A stretch of 63,707 nucleotides of DNA, filler included, from Choristocarpus tenellus KU-1152 (Eukaryota; Protista; Phaeophyceae): NCBI GenBank assembly GCA_964200185.2. It is 8 parts of 8 records of this genome, joined end to end, with 100 filler letters (N's around TTAATTAATTAA, not from the genome) between each part and the next. Parts side by side here need not be neighbours in the genome. Positions count along the whole stretch, not along the records: positions 35,690 to 60,205 come from CAXNAD020000209.1; 7 more parts are not named here. The stretch is one strand, 5' to 3'. Position numbers and translations under genes: made by a program. Under the pieces are notes generated by a model. That model worked only from the letters and a program-made list of their open reading frames with translations. It made no database searches and was not told the origin of the DNA. How positions within the stretch are numbered: the first letter of the stretch is position 1; each line of letters opens with the position of its first letter. Shown piece after piece: positions 38,085 to 53,500 of the stretch.

Positions 38085-38420
38085 CCTGGCCATGGTGTGA
38101 ACGGGCCAAATGTAAAAAAAATATTACCTGATTATTGACCATAAATATGATGGTCGAGTCCATGGTCATCGCTTACTCAACAGGACAGGACCCACTGGTT
38201 GGTCATATAAAACCAAGTTCGAACATGACCAAGTCCATAGCCATCACTTACTCAACATGATTGGAGTTGCTGGTATGGCATTTACAACCAACTTTGAAGA
38301 TGACTAACTTCATAGACATCGACCATTTCAACATGGCCGGGCCACGGACCGGCCAGTACCCATATGGCCGACAATGAACCTGCTAATTGCCCGGTTTGAT
38401 GAAAAGTCCTCAAAATTACC
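38085..38420 (+). mobile_element. Single arm of family C fold-back element
   Basis: aaaaaaatattacctgat...gagtccatggtcatcgcttactcaaca...aaccaagttcgaacatgacc matches 36030-36250. Confidence 0.85.
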
Positions 38421-38517
38421 CCGCACACACTGTTCTGGTACTGGTACCTTCAACGTCTATAGATCAAACAACCTCTCCTTCACTCTTGGGGACCCAAGTT
38501 GACAACAACTTAGGTCG

Positions 38518-41500
38518 ATGGATGCCGAGGATGATAACTATCATGAGACTCACCATGGTATCGGTGGGATTGCGTTCAACGAAGAGGAAAATAAGAAGCA
38601 CTCAGCAGGATGGAAACTCGATAAACAGCAACTTGTAAGCATGTTGCGAAAGAACGCCATGGTGAGTCCGAATTCGAAGTCGGTGGTTCTCACCTTGACT
38701 AGAACACGCTGCAAAAATGAAGTTTCTGCTTTACTTGTCTACCGTTCATCTGCAATTGTTCTCATCTCGCCCATCAATATAGTATTTGATTTTGATCTGT
38801 CCACTACCCAGGAGCGATTGCGAACTAAGGGCACAACATTCTGTGAGCTGTGCAGCCCCATCCTGTTGCTTGCTGTCCTTGTTTTCGGCTACAGCCTCTC
38901 TGATGTGATTCTGTTCGATGCGAAGGTGCGAAGATGGGCACCAGTCGTGGACAGTGTACAAAAAGGGACCACCAATCCCCTTCAACCCATCGTTGCTAGG
39001 GTCGCCTACTTTGGTGCAGCGTAGGCTTTCCTCTCTTCCTCTGCAGTGTATTGTATTGAACTGTCGGTTAGTTTTATCAGAGAGAGACAAGGGTGCCAAA
39101 ATGTAATTTTGCGAAGGTGGTTACAACTGACCAATGAGCCTTGATATGTTGGAAGTCGCCAAGGTGTGGACTTTTACCGGGCACAGTGATGATTCTTTGT
39201 TCTACTAAAACTTGCTGGTAAAAGATTCCGTGACCGTTTTGTATAGTTGACTTACCTTAAGAGAATATGAGTGCACGCCATTTCGTGATCTGCATACATA
39301 GTTGATCTATACGTTGAAGAGTTAACGTCGTAGTAGGTCACCCACTTGCCTCATTCGGCATCGGACCCAATTATGCTTGCTATCGGCTAGCCAGTCTGAT
39401 TGTGATGCCACTGTGATTGCACCAGTTAATTTTCTGCATGCTCCAATGGGATAAAGTGTCTATCCACTGAGGTTAGAAGTTCGCCCAGCCAGCCCAAATC
39501 ACAATTCTAGATAGCTCATCTTTTCACAGCCTTCCTAATATTTTCTCTTCTGTGGTGTGTGTATATTTCAGATTTACTCCACTATCAGGTTGGAACTTCC
39601 TGGTGCAGTTGGCGGACTCCTATCAACGCTCCCCCCTTACAAGGTGACTGCCTGGGAAAATTCCTGTGGGACGCTCAATACCATGCACGCCTGCACACTT
39701 TGTTCAGGGATTTCCTATGATTGTGGTGCCTGTGTGTTTCCTGTCTTGGTAGGGCACAGTCTGTTGGCATGCACATTTCAACAAGAGTGCTGGAATTGTT
39801 AACCCTGCAAGGATGTTATTGGCCAAATGTCGAACCCCCACACACTCTGCACCCCTCATATTGCTCCCGCCACCCATCACCTTGTAGGAGATGGTGAACA
39901 GGACCCCTGGAGGTACCTTTGAGCTGCAGTCACATGGGGGCCATAATAATAATTTTCAGGAAGTCAGCAATGCACTAGATGCATGTAAAGAACTCATGGA
40001 GGGACCTTTCGCTGTGCCTACGATGGGTGAATTTGTTGCTCTAGGGGTAGGGTTGTCTTCCAATATGGAGAAGGGAGTTTATGAGCACTTGCTGGGGAGG
40101 CTGGAGACGGGTCGTACTTTTGGGAACCTTCTCACATTAGGGACGCTGCACTTTGCCCCCGAAGGTGATTCATCAGTGAGGTGAGAAAACAGGCGAGGGG
40201 AAGTGATGTGCCTATGGGTATGGCACCAATTTGTTGTTCTTGTCAGACTTGTTATATGTTCTGGGCAGCTGATGGTGGTCTAGGCATTTGAGCACTGTGA
40301 GTTGAAGCTCATAGTGTTCTCAATGTTATTGTTTCTGTGTATCCATGTAGTTCTGCCTTACCACATTGCTTGCTTGGAGGAGACAGCATTAACCCTGATC
40401 CTCACTGTCAATGTGAACTGTGACAAGTATCAAACCTAACAAGCACGTGCTGGATTCTCATGGGCATTTTAACGTTCCACTTGCCCGTGATTGGGTTGTT
40501 GATTTGCTGGCCGATGGATCAATGCATGGCATGGATTGGACTTCCCAGGGCTCTGGTAGAATGGATGGGGAACTTAACCAATGAGTTCAAAGACTTGAGA
40601 TACCGCATGCATGCCTCAGAGGTGAGCTACGTGTTGGTAATATGGATACGGCACCAGCGAAGGTTCAATGAGCAAGTAGAGCTGTATGGTAACAAGAGTT
40701 TCGAAGAAAGGTTGAACATGGAAACACCTCCTCTGGTCCAGGGAGTGTTGCTCTCCTCCCCACTCTCTTCCCTTGTTCTAGTTCAGGATATATTTTAAAG
40801 GTTGTTGAGTCTATGAGACCTCCTGCAATCGGATGCTGTGTTGGGCAGCAAAGGACCTAGACCTGTGCTACACAATTTGAAATGCTTGATAGGACCCTAT
40901 TGAGATGTGGTGCTGTGCCTGTGCCCTCTCTTCCAGGTGTGGGTGGTGTTACGCATTTTGTAGGTCGGCCAGGGCTGTCTTTCTGTTGCCGCATGCCCCT
41001 CCACATCCTGCTGGCACTGACATGACACTTGCCCAGCTATTGTCGTCTGCACAATGGTTTGCCCAGCCCTAATCTCTTGGATATCCTCAATGGTACCTGT
41101 ACTGTTTGTCTGCTCCTCTCCCTTAAATGTTTTGTCCCTAAGATCTACATGTTGATCTAGTCTCAAATATCACTCTGCCATCTTTGATTTGCTACCACTC
41201 TGCGCACATCTATCTAGGTTGATGCGGTTGAGTACGTCTTGGACCACTTGGAGGAGAGAACATGGGCTGTTGTGGCACTTGACAGAGCTGAGCCCGGAAA
41301 TGTTAGTCACCTTCCACTTCATATATATGTATATATCTGTTTAGTTCTTGAAATTGGGACCTCTAGTGCATGTGAAGAAAGACTCACCCAATGGCTTGAC
41401 TCAAGTCTTCTAGAGCAACAGCATCCCTAATTTCTACGAGTCCTTTCTGCAGTACCATTGGGATACATTCAGTCCATTTGTATTTCTGCACGGATGCACA

Positions 41501-44500
41501 GCTTGAGGGTTAAGGCTCAGGATTGTAATTGTCTGATACGGGACAACTTGAATGTGTTGGGATGGACATATATTGTCAACCCTCTCCTGTTGTCATGATT
41601 CCATCTGAACCTGAAGAGCCCAAATTCTGAAATGGTGGAAGCTTAGTCCCTGGACCTGCCCAAGCAGTGTTGATAAGATGCTTGATGCTTGACAAGTGAA
41701 TGCATGGGGTAAGGCCATTTTTAGCTGTGCTGTAAATCTCCATAGAGACATAGGACTAGCCTTGCACCACCATAACGTCTTACCTACTAATCTATTCATA
41801 ATCCTGACAGTATTTCAAATACTGGCATTTCGCCTTCTTCCCTAACCCCAAACACCACCCCCTTCCCTCAATGCGCGATTTTCATGTGTGTGTGCATGTA
41901 TTCGGTATGTAAACTTGGGCATGGTATACACTCAGGTGGACTATACCATTCGAATGAACTTTACTACTTTACCCAGCACCTATGATGTGACGGACTTAGT
42001 CGCCATTGGTCTTGACTATAGGTGAGATGCCTCCCCAGGACAAGAATGCGGGCAATTTCCATGGACGCTTATGGACACAGCATTTGGAAGTACTACAGCA
42101 GTTGCGGGCACTGTTGAGGATGTTTTTTGTGCTGGCTTGTCATTTGAGATCTAGGTAGGCATTGCCAGAGCTGTGGATTGTTTTTTTGTTGATGTTCTCA
42201 GATGTATTTAGATGTATTTAGAACAAGCATTCTCCTGATGTTTCTAAAGTGTGCACAAGCATTTTCTTCTACTATGTGCCTTTTTCTGATTAAGGGGATC
42301 CTTCGTGCCCAGTAATATTCTCGATATATATTTGGGGAGACGATGCATTGTTTCTACAGCTAGGTGTTTTCACCTCTATGTGGCATTCCAGAATGAACAG
42401 AGTGATTGAGTAATGGTGCAAAAAAATTGTAGCACTTTGTGTGAAGTGTGTTGGATCATGATTAATTTGCATCATTGATGTAAAGCAGGCAGTGTGGTAG
42501 GTTGTTTCTTATTGTATCAGAGTCAATTTTGGGGAGCGCTTTTTATTTTGTTGTATGGACTGTTATATGCTTGGGGTAGGTTGGATCTGTAAATACCAGT
42601 TTCTTGGTGGTTGTCTGTTCCATTGCCAACCAAATCGCACTGATTCATACCTCCATTGTCTCCACTTCCTACCTGTCCCCAAGGCAGTTGTGGGGAGCAC
42701 TATACAATGCTTTCACCAGATGGATAGTTGTCTGTTTTATCAAACCAAATCCCCAACCATTATTCTTGCAGCAACACAATCTGCGACTGTACTCTCTGAG
42801 TGATCTCCTGAAATGCATTGTGCTTATTGCAGGTGACCCTACAGTGTTTTCTCTTTTGTAAGTATGATATTTACTGTTTTATATCATGCCATTGATGTGC
42901 CGTTCATTGACAACAGGTTTCAAAGGTACTACCTCAGCGGCTTCCTTACTCTCCAAACCACAATCGACCAGTTCTTGTTCAGGCAAACCTTACCTGCAAG
43001 TTTTGGTAGTAGTGTTGGTGGTGCTGCTTCAGGAGAAGACAGGGGAAGCAGTGAGGACGAATTCTGGTGTACACCACCGGCTATGATTGGTGTGCCGTTT
43101 CCCACGGCTTCTTATGATCAAAATCTGTTTTATGCTGCTGTTGGATACTTACTTGGACTGGCTATGACTATGGTAAGGCTCACTGTAGATGAGGAAACAC
43201 TGTGGGAGATATGTAAGGGAGGCAAAGTAGGAAAAATGCTCAAACATATTTTGTTTGGAAGGTAGTCTCTGAATTGTCAATGCTTAATGGTGCTGTTATA
43301 TTCCTGGCCAGGTATACTAAAACAGTGCTTTTCTCGAGGTTAAGAACACTGAAAGTTGAGATAACCATTGCTATGTTCCTGACCTCAAGACAACAGTATG
43401 AAGCTCTACCAAGTTTCATTGTGATGACTCAATTTCGATTTCCTTTCCACCTCATTATGATGGGCCTGAGTACAATATGGAAGGACTCCTGCATAGATGA
43501 GAAATTTTATTTTGTGAGGGGAGGTTGAACTTTTAGGGGAGACAACTTTATCTGTCAGGTTGATCAACTTTATCTGGACAAAATACTGTCAGTGCCAGTC
43601 ATAGTCAAAGGTGTTCTCTACGGCCTGAAATCTGAGTTTGGTGGAAAGAGTTGCCTGGTGTCAAGTACGTTCCCTTTGCGACTGAGTAGATGCCAGTCAC
43701 TATGTACTTTGAGCTCTGTCCCTTCCTTAGTTCTCATTGAAAGTTGTGGTGGGTCTCCAATCCCATGGCTACATGAAAGGCAAATGGATGTAACTTGGTG
43801 CAATGGAGGTTTACACCAGGCCAAAGGAGATTAAAGCACTTTCTGTTTCTGGCAGTTCTTATCGCAGTGATGTTGTTGGCTGTGATAGCTACTGGAGCAT
43901 AGTCTGTATTTTGCTGTTGCCAATTAGGTTCAGCAACAGTACTTTTGTGAATGCTGAGTTCACCATAATGGTATAGTTCCAGACATGAATCTCCCACACA
44001 CGGAAAAGCAATGTTACCACTGGCAAATAAGACTTCAGGAACCCCAACATCACACCTGCACCAACACTTAACGTCTCAAGATCCATGACCTAACTAGTAA
44101 GAAAAACAATCCTGTTCAGGTGGCTAAGCATCCCCTACCTTGCCTGCTGCTGTGGATGACCCCCCTTCCCTCTGATGTCCGTGATATCCCTTTATATCAC
44201 TGAACCTGTTATGGATTTCGTGAATGGTGCTGGACTCCTTATGCTATTCTTCATGTCACTGGGACGTGCTGTTGCTGTTGTGGTGTGGCTTCGCTAATGC
44301 ACTCTGTGGTATCTTCCCGGTCTTATGCTGATGCAAACTCCAAAAGAGCACCATGTACCCACTGTCACGCCTGGTCAAGGGTGTGGTTGAAGAAAAAGAG
44401 AGCAGAGTGAGTCACTGCACAAACGGTTTGCTTTGATAGTTTTTCTTACTTTATGATGGTTTCATGTGTGGTCAGTCTATAACGTTTGAACATCTCTACT

Positions 44501-47500
44501 CATATACTCGAGTAAATAGAAAAGACTGCAATATGGGTGGAGTGTTTTTGTGGAGATGTGTGGGTGACATCGTTGGTTTATTGGGGCAAATGTATGACAT
44601 AGCGTAAATGGATGCTGCCCCACTTTTGGTCTTCCGGAACTCAGACTTAAGGTGTACCATCTCTTGACATTGTTGTGAAGTGACTTTTTCTTGTGTTGTT
44701 TTGCAACAGAGATGGTTTGTTTCATTGTTGTGCAAAAAATTCCACCACTCCCAAGCATGAACTAGAAAAACACATAATGTTGTGTGCCATGCATTCTTTT
44801 CCTTTTGGAGTGTGATGTTCTAAACCACTTACTGTTTTTTATTTTATTGTGTAATATGTGTGTTTTCCGTAACAGGTTCGTGAGACAATGCGAATCATGG
44901 GACTGCGGTCTCATGTGCATGACCTATCGTGGTGGGTGACAGGACTGGCTGTGTTTACCATCATTAGCACCAGTGTAGCAGCACTCTTGTCGTTCACCTT
45001 CCTGCCTGCCTCTGACGGCAGCCTTTTACTGGCCTACGTTTTTCTCTTTGCAATGAGTGAGGTCAGCCTGGCTTTACTTGTGGCATCTTGCTTCTCGAAG
45101 GTGATGGTATAACTGGTGCAGAGTTGGCAGGATAACGGACTCAATACAACACTTCAGAGTCTTGTGGTTTGGGTTGCAGCTGAGTAATAACCACGCCCTT
45201 TTTGTGGAGTGATTGTTTCAGCATTTTCCAATTGCCATTCTCGAGCAATGCCAACGTTGATGGAAATGCTGCTTAGTGAATTAATGCACCCTATGGCATG
45301 TAGGCGATCTTGTTGGTTAAGACACTACTATTCTTGTAGTATCTCCCATATCCCCTGATCTTCTTCATCTCTTACTTTTTTCTTTCCATGACACACAGTA
45401 CCTCCTTGGCCATGTTCAGGGTAGAGCATGGAAGGGGTGTCTGTAACACAGACTGTAAATATTTCGGTGTGAATGTACAAAGTGTTGTGCTACAGGCTAT
45501 AGTGTTATTTTTTTTAATGTCTGTGAATTGTGCAAGTTGTATGGAGAACGTTCACGTCAAGACGATCCTTTCAGTGAACTGAATCTTAACTCAACTAGAA
45601 AAACACTTCTTCTGGCATACGATCAAGCTCCTCTCTTTTTCAAACACAAGGTTTGGAAGAAAACTAAGCTATCAAAATATGAACCTGACACCAGTTACCA
45701 TTGCTATGGTAAAGTTGTACTCAGATTAGGTACTGCCGGTGACCTTTGTCATACGTCTTTATATCTCACTATGCTCTGAATCACTTGCCTCACCTGGCTT
45801 CTTCACGATCCATTCCCTTGTTTTCTTGTTGTACTTTTTCGGTGCTGTGGACATAGGCCAAGCTGGCATCTATTGTGGCACCATGTGCTCTATTTGCTTG
45901 TGTTCTCCCAAGGTACATTTTCTACGGCTCTAATCGACATGAGGCATACCGGTGAGGGGCACTGAGGAAATGATACCTGCTGTCATCATGTGCTACATAT
46001 TCCCAGGAGCACTGCCTGTGTTTCTCCTATTGTTTGAGGATTGAAAATTCATTGGCAGAAGGTTTGAGGGTGACTGTCACATAGTGGTGCTTCGAATAAA
46101 AATAGTGAGAGGAAGGACATAAAGCTCTGATGATAACAGCATATTGCTTCAACATGGGCTCTGCCAAGGAGCACTTGTTCTTGGAAGCGGTGTGTAGATT
46201 GCTGTGTCCTTGGAGGTTAAGCTGTTTGTTATTCCCGTAAGATACCTCCCTGGATACATGTGTGATGCAGACATTACCCCCTTTAACCTCTCTTCCCAGT
46301 TATATCAATCAAATGATAATCCTGTCTAGTGAACTCATAATCCACAACACAATCACTTCATAAGCGGTACACTACAGTATCTGTCTATTTACCCTGAGCA
46401 GGAACTCCAGCCCAAACATTATCATTCTCTTTTGAAATTATCCCTTTATCACATCCTCATATCAAGTGATTTTCTAATCAGTTCCTGATGTGGACCATGA
46501 ACTTGACCTAGAAAACATAACCTAGTCCCTACACAGCTGTCAACACTGAAATAGCCACAGATGCCTCTCATCTACACACATGCCCATACCTTGACACTTC
46601 TATATGCCAGTTACACAGAAGTAGAACTGTAAACGTGTCCTCAATTCAGCGCCTTAGCGTAGTTCTGCCTCTATGCTTTACTTGGCTCTTTTAAAGGTGA
46701 TGTTTCAGCACGACTAGTTACGCCTTAAAGACTGCAATGGTTGTTCGAAGTCCTAGGTGGTATTTATCCTCACGTTGTCTACATTCTAACCTGAGCTTTA
46801 TTCCTGGATGGTATGGCATCCTTTGTCCTCCAACCATAAGATCAAAGACCTGGGCAAGCCTCCTGTCTCCGACAGCGTTCACATTTGGCGCAGATTTCAT
46901 TGCAGACTATGAGTACGCGGGCATAGGGGCAAACTGGCAAAACTACTCTGAGGGGGAGTTCTCATTGCAGACATCGATGCGCATGATGGCGCTTGATGCT
47001 TTGATCTACGGTTTGTTGGCCTGGTACCTGGACAAGGTAAGGGTCATTGCTGACCTGTGACGGTCCCTCAAGGGGTGGAGTCAGAACTAGGCAATAGTCT
47101 GCTTGTTGCCTGCAGAGTTTGATCCTGGAAGGACCGTGGCATTAGTGTAATTCCATGATGTGTGGAGCATTGTTGTTCACTTTTGCTGTTTCCTCGATGC
47201 ATCAAGTCAATCATGAATTGTGCAATTGGCACCATTTAGCCAAACCGATTGAGAGGTAGGAAGGCTTGGGTCCTTTCGCATCCTAAGCAATCTTTTTTGC
47301 CCTCTGCAATACACTTAATTTCATTGCAATATGTCCACAATAGTGTGCGCAAAATTGATATTCCCTCCTTTCCACAAATAAAGCGACACCACAATTTAGC
47401 AAAGCATCATTCTACAATGGTACGAAATGGTGTCTTTTTTACCTTTCTCGGAATCCTTAAAATGCAACACTGCCTATCTATCAATTGGTTTGGTTCATTG

Positions 47501-50500
47501 GCATATAGTTTTTTGGACCTAGACTACATGGTAATGGAGTGTTCTAAGGGTACTGAAGCACAGGCAATATGTTTTTTTGTGTGTGTTCGGATCTGGGAGG
47601 AATTTTTTTTGTAGGGGTGTTTCTGCTGCCCTAATAGCGCTGATGTGGTGGCACTAGGTCAAGATTAAGAGCTACGCACAACTATTGGAAGATGCCAGAA
47701 TGCCCTTGCCTGTGATTTATTTCCCACATCTCTGGTACTGGGAGTGTTGTTAATTCTAAGTATATCCCCTTTAGCACAGTGCTTAAATTGACACTATTCT
47801 CTGCATCAATTTCGCACATTTGAACCCCATCAGCTGCAGCCCTCTTCTCAGAGAGATCTGTTTTTGATGATACATTATTCATGTGGCAAGCACTTTGAAT
47901 TTTACACCTGTACTATCCCAGCTGTTGATATGGGCCGTACCATTTTAAAGGGAGTGGCGGGCATCCGCTTGGGGTTATTCAATGTTGCCATTTTTATGCC
48001 CACTAAATCTGGAATAGATAAAATGAAAAAACGGTTACAAAAAAGTTGTGCTTCACCACAATGTTTCAAGCCCGGAACAGACAGGGGTAAAACGTCTACC
48101 GTCTCCAATGGTATCCCTCTATACCATAATGATACTGGAAATAAAAAACGAGATGGTCAGGCCTCATTTCAGAGTAACTAGCAGTGGTCTGGCTGAACCC
48201 AATATGAAAGAAGCAAGGCGTTAAGAGAGGCAGCTTAGTCGTAATGTACCAGATTGTTGCATTTGGTCATGAGTACTGAGATATTATTGTACCAATTGGG
48301 AACATGTCGCATGACTCTGTGCCCACGTGGTGCAGTGGTATCTCAACATTTGATTAAATCAGAGGCAGTTGTGAAACCTAGCTTAATTCATTGGCCTTCA
48401 CCCTACTGGTTGCTTGCTCTCCCCCTCCAGTAATCTCAGTCTTCGCTTTTCCTGAGCCCGTTTCCTGGACCTCCTTTCTCACTCATCCTTACCCTCCTGC
48501 TGTAGGGAGTTGTGAAAGTTTTTCAGCCAGGATTCAATCCCGCAACCTCTGATCTTGACATATATTGACATATATTGACATATATTGACAAATATTGTCA
48601 AATATTGAGAAGTCACATTATCACCAGGGCAGAGAGAGGTTGCATGCCTGTCTTCCTGAGGAGCAGCGTTGTATCAATGTTTGATATAGGAACTTTGACA
48701 AGTATGAGAAGTAGTGGAGTGTGTTGTTCTTCTGACCATGGGTTAGGATGATCCCCAGGGCAAAGTGAAGAATGATATGTAATGATGATTTCTGTTTTAT
48801 GTTTTACCAACCCTTTATTGCACTCCAATCAGTGTGTGATCCTTCCTTTTGTCAAGTTGTTTGTGGAATGTTTTTTTGTGGAATGGACTATATTTGGAGT
48901 GGCAATACTTTTATCGAAGATACATTCAACAACGCACCAGATACAAGAGTCCCTACAAATTCCACAGAGCTCTGCCTCTTGAAACGTCTTGTTTTGGTAG
49001 TGTGGGTGATTACAGTAATATTGGTTACATCACTTGCTCACATGCACAACAGTCAAGGCATGATTGTGATGCCGATATTGAAGGATGAATGCATCCAATT
49101 GACTCAGTGTGAGATACAGGATATTCTTTTGATGTGAGGGTTGCTTTTTGTACCCTAACCCTAACCCTCAATACCATTGCTATTATCTTTTTATTATTAT
49201 TAGGATAATTATGACTGTTATTAATAACCTTAGCATGACTCTCACACTGCCAATAGACTCCTCTCTGCATCATCATCTTATTGCCATCCAAATGTCATTA
49301 AATATTTTGTCAACATTTAGTTGTTTAATATTTCCTCTGGTGACAAAGGCACTTCCAGCAGACTATGGTGCTACCAGAAATCCCTGCTCCGTTGTGTGGA
49401 AGAAGGTGATTGCATGGATGCGACCCTTGTGGCGGCGAGAGGGCACTGGTCGAGCGACCATCTTCCCAAGGACTATGTATCACCAACACCATCATGGCAT
49501 TGGGGAGGTAGGAATACCATTTGATAGAAGGAAGGGGGGAGGGGATGAGCAGGAAGGACAGGCCATTCTACAAGACACATTAGGGGCGAGGAATGAGGAC
49601 TTTGAGGCATTGGTAGATGGAGTGGGGGAGGGGGAGGGGGTAAGTATTGAGAGATTGAGGCGGGAGTTTGGTGACAAGGTGGCAGTGGCAGGGCTAGATT
49701 TGAAGCTGGTGCCCGGGGATGTGACCTGCTTGCTGGGACACAATGGTGCTGGTGAGGTCCGATTTGTTTTTCTGGTGTGTTTTTTGAGTGGAACGTCTTG
49801 TGCAAGTGCTGTGGGGTGTATGGCTCAGTTGCCACCCTTTGTGTGGCCTCATATCTACCTGTCCAAGTATCTGTAGGCCCTTTGGATACCGACACGGACT
49901 ACTGATGGTAATATTGTGGTGTAGGGTATTGGTATTAATATTAGCACTAGGTTGTCTGATGAAAGAGACATTTAGGCCACACAAGAATATATATCATTGG
50001 CAGTTTTTTCGTAATAGGTCAAAGTAATTCTTTTACCCTGTGACCTCCCCTCCCCGTTGAATTTTATCATTTCTTATACTAATCTTGGGATTGAGTGTCT
50101 GCACAAGACCATTGGCATTCCACTTTCATATGTATCCTTGTTGTATCTGTAGAATTTTGACACTTCAACATCCACAGGTTTCACCATACTACCCTTTATT
50201 GTTTGTCCTTCATTGTGGGAGTCTGGTACTACTAATGTATCTTTTCCTAGCACAGTAGTCATTGTAACTGACCTGCTCTCCATAGCATGTCATATTGATT
50301 ATCATTTCTTCTTTTTCACTACTTTGAGTTCATTTGTGTGCATTCAGGGTGGAGAGGTAGACATGTTTTAGTCCCACAACAGCGGATTGAATGAGAGTAG
50401 TGAAACAAATCTTGGAGAGGGTCGCTTCCATCGTTTGCACACCTTTCACTAGTTGATAGATCAAGCGAGAAAATGTAACCCTAAATCACGCCCGTGTCTG

Positions 50501-53500
50501 TTTGTTCAGCTAAACAAGTAGCTTGTACTCGGAACAAAATAATAGTGCAGGATGTGAGTTTAAGGCGAACCTTTCACAATAGTTGTATCCTACAATCCAT
50601 GGATGAATAGAGTGAAGCACATTTGAGGTATGTACTACGCATATTTTAGAGGTGCATAGTAGGGCAGAGGACTGTGCTGCCAAATACACCCCTTGTTGTC
50701 GGATATATTGTCTTTTCAAGTACCAGCGCCTTGTGCTGCTTACCCAACTAAAAACTCCTTCCCCACCCTCTTTCACCCCGCGTGCCTCTCATCATCAATG
50801 TTCCCTTTGCTCTGCTGTGGACTTACGCATCTTGCTCCACCCCCTTGCTGGGCTAGGCAAATCTACTACCATATCGATGCTGACGGGGCAGCTCCCACCA
50901 ACTAGTGGGGACTGCTTGATATGGGGCAAGAGTGTGAAACGAGAAATCGATGAGGTATGTTCAGGTTGTGACCCTGAGACTGCTTGCGTACACTATCCCT
51001 TTGCCATAATTGCTTATAGTTAGGGTTAGGACTTTCCAAATAGTGTGCCATTTGTGCTATCAAATAGCTGTTTTGGCTGTAACTTCACTGTTTGTGGTCG
51101 ATATAGTAACTCAAGTCGGAAACCCAAATCAGGTAGACCCCAACAGCGGGAAGTGCTTCGAGTGTATGCTTTGTGCAGTGCAGTTAATACTTGCATGCGG
51201 AATGAAAGTTCAGGCTCCATGGTATCACCCCACCCTATATTGCAGAAGAGGTCGAGCTTTTTTTTGTGGTATGTTTTGATTTGATTTGTAATTTGTGTTT
51301 TACCTCACATGGTGATACAACCACTGTTGAGCCAACCTTGCAGGGCACTGACACACGAGTCTGTTAAAACTTGTTCGATATTCTGTAACCATGGAGGTCG
51401 GATTTGATACCCTTATGTGGTTGCTGGTATGCTAACTGCATTGTGCTGTCTCGAAGCTTGCAAAATATTTCTGGTGTGATAGTGTTATTCTGTTTAGAGT
51501 TGGTTGTTGCCTTCAACCACTACAGTGGCTACAGGACTTCACACTTTCACCAATCGTGTGACTGTAGAATTTTGTACAGCAGCACTTTGAAGTATTTGAT
51601 GATCAGCTTTCATGATGAACAAGATATGTCGCACTCAGAAGTTTATGATGTGGGTTTCAATTTTCAGGTTAGGCGAGACCTGGGTATTTGTCCACAGCAT
51701 GATGCCCTGATTCCCCTCCTAACCGTGAGGGAGCATCTTGAGATGTACATGGATATCAAGGGGTTGGACCCTGCGCTAAAGGGGTGAGTTTTACGTGAGG
51801 TTCTGTAATGTGCAGTGGTATACCACCTGTGGGAGTTACAGATATTGGCCATTTTAGTATCAAGATTCAGATGGTAAGGGAGATTGCAGAAATATGTGGT
51901 GTTAAATACATACTCTGGAGTGTACGGAGTGTGTATATGTTTGAACAAATTAGGTAGAGTGCATGTTGCCTTGATCCAGGAGGATACAAATGGCCTGCAA
52001 CACACCCTGCCCCCTGAGTCCTATTGGTAGAATTTATATAGTTTTAGTTTGTTGTTGGTGGCATCACTTTTGGGAGAGTTCTTTGTGGTTCTGTCATGAA
52101 GGATGTCTTGAAATGCCTGGCAATCAAGTGGTGATTATTTATGGTAATGCACTTGTGGGTCAAGTGAGCAACCATCCTCAAGGGGAGTGTTTCAGTGCTA
52201 TGCCCAACCCTTAAAGAGAGGGAAGGTTTCAAACTACATCAATATTACATTATTTCTGAATGTTAATGTGTTCTACAAAATGTTTAGATTCAAGAAAAAT
52301 CCCGAAGAATCAAGAGTACTTTCTACCCTCTACCAAGAATGACCCTTGGCTCAAAACCTACTAGTGATTTGAGATGTGACGTAGCTACAACAATGCCCTC
52401 CTTCTCGAAGCCATGGTTGCTTGTGATCACCTACCTGCTCCAATAAACTTCCCCTTGACACATTGTATGCACATACATACATATTCCAATATCAAACAAT
52501 CAACCCTTAAGTCTCCCACCACTCTATTAGTGGGGGACATGCAGGATGGTCTGATTTTCTGGTACTTTGCCTGACCAGCCTTGTGTTTGTCCACTCCATA
52601 AAGAGATATTGTCTATATATTTTTTTGCACTCTTACCTACTAATTTTTCTTCAAAATACTGTTTAACGTTCCAGGCCCCTGGTGTCTCGCAAGCTGGAAG
52701 AGGTTGGGCTTAAGGAAAAGGAACACATTCTTGCCTCTGCTCTATCGGGTGGACAGAAGCGGAAGCTCTCTGTTGCTATCGCATTCACTGGCTCCCCTAG
52801 GTTTTGCATGCTCGATGAACCAACCTCAGGTAATTCGAGAGTTGCTGGTTATAGTTGATAGGACTGGTAAATGGTATACTCTGGTTGCTCAATTGTGGCC
52901 ATATTGATGCCTTGGTGGTGTATAGTATAGAAAAAGTCCGAAGAATGAACCATATTATTGTTTTGAGAGTACAGCACAGATTGCTGGACAGATGGCTGGT
53001 GTAGGTGCTCTAGAGAAATGACTATTTCAGTCTTTTCTTACGCCTTTATGCCACACAGTAACATCTAGTAAGGTTCAACTATATGTCTTGGCAGGGTGGC
53101 TCAATTTTCAAATACTTTGGTTTGCTGGTACAAGATCATGATCTGCCCCTGGAGACCAAAAACAAGCACTTGTAGTAACATTCTTTGTCTCCTCCTGAGC
53201 TTACCAGCTCATGCAGGGATGCATTTGTTATTATGCGAGGTGAAAGGTTGGGTGTTGTTTTGTGACAGTGAAAGAAAGCAGTGACTGTGCGATGTATTAA
53301 CATATACCATCAGTGGTACAACTTACATATTCCAGCCGACTCCCAATATTTGGTTACCAGCTCATATTTGTTCTTAAAAATGACGTCCCCCACTAGTATA
53401 GACCACCCTTTCGTCTCTGACATGTATTAGGGAGTGTGGGGGTGGACTAAAGTGTTTGTTCCCGGTCGTTAGCGACATCAAGTATTGACACAGCCATCAT

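Noticed and set aside
48320-48555. tRNA or SINE (A-box-like tggtgcagtgg; reverse B-box-like ggattcaatcccgcaacctc)
   Set aside because: The two boxes are on opposite strands and no cloverleaf can be built.
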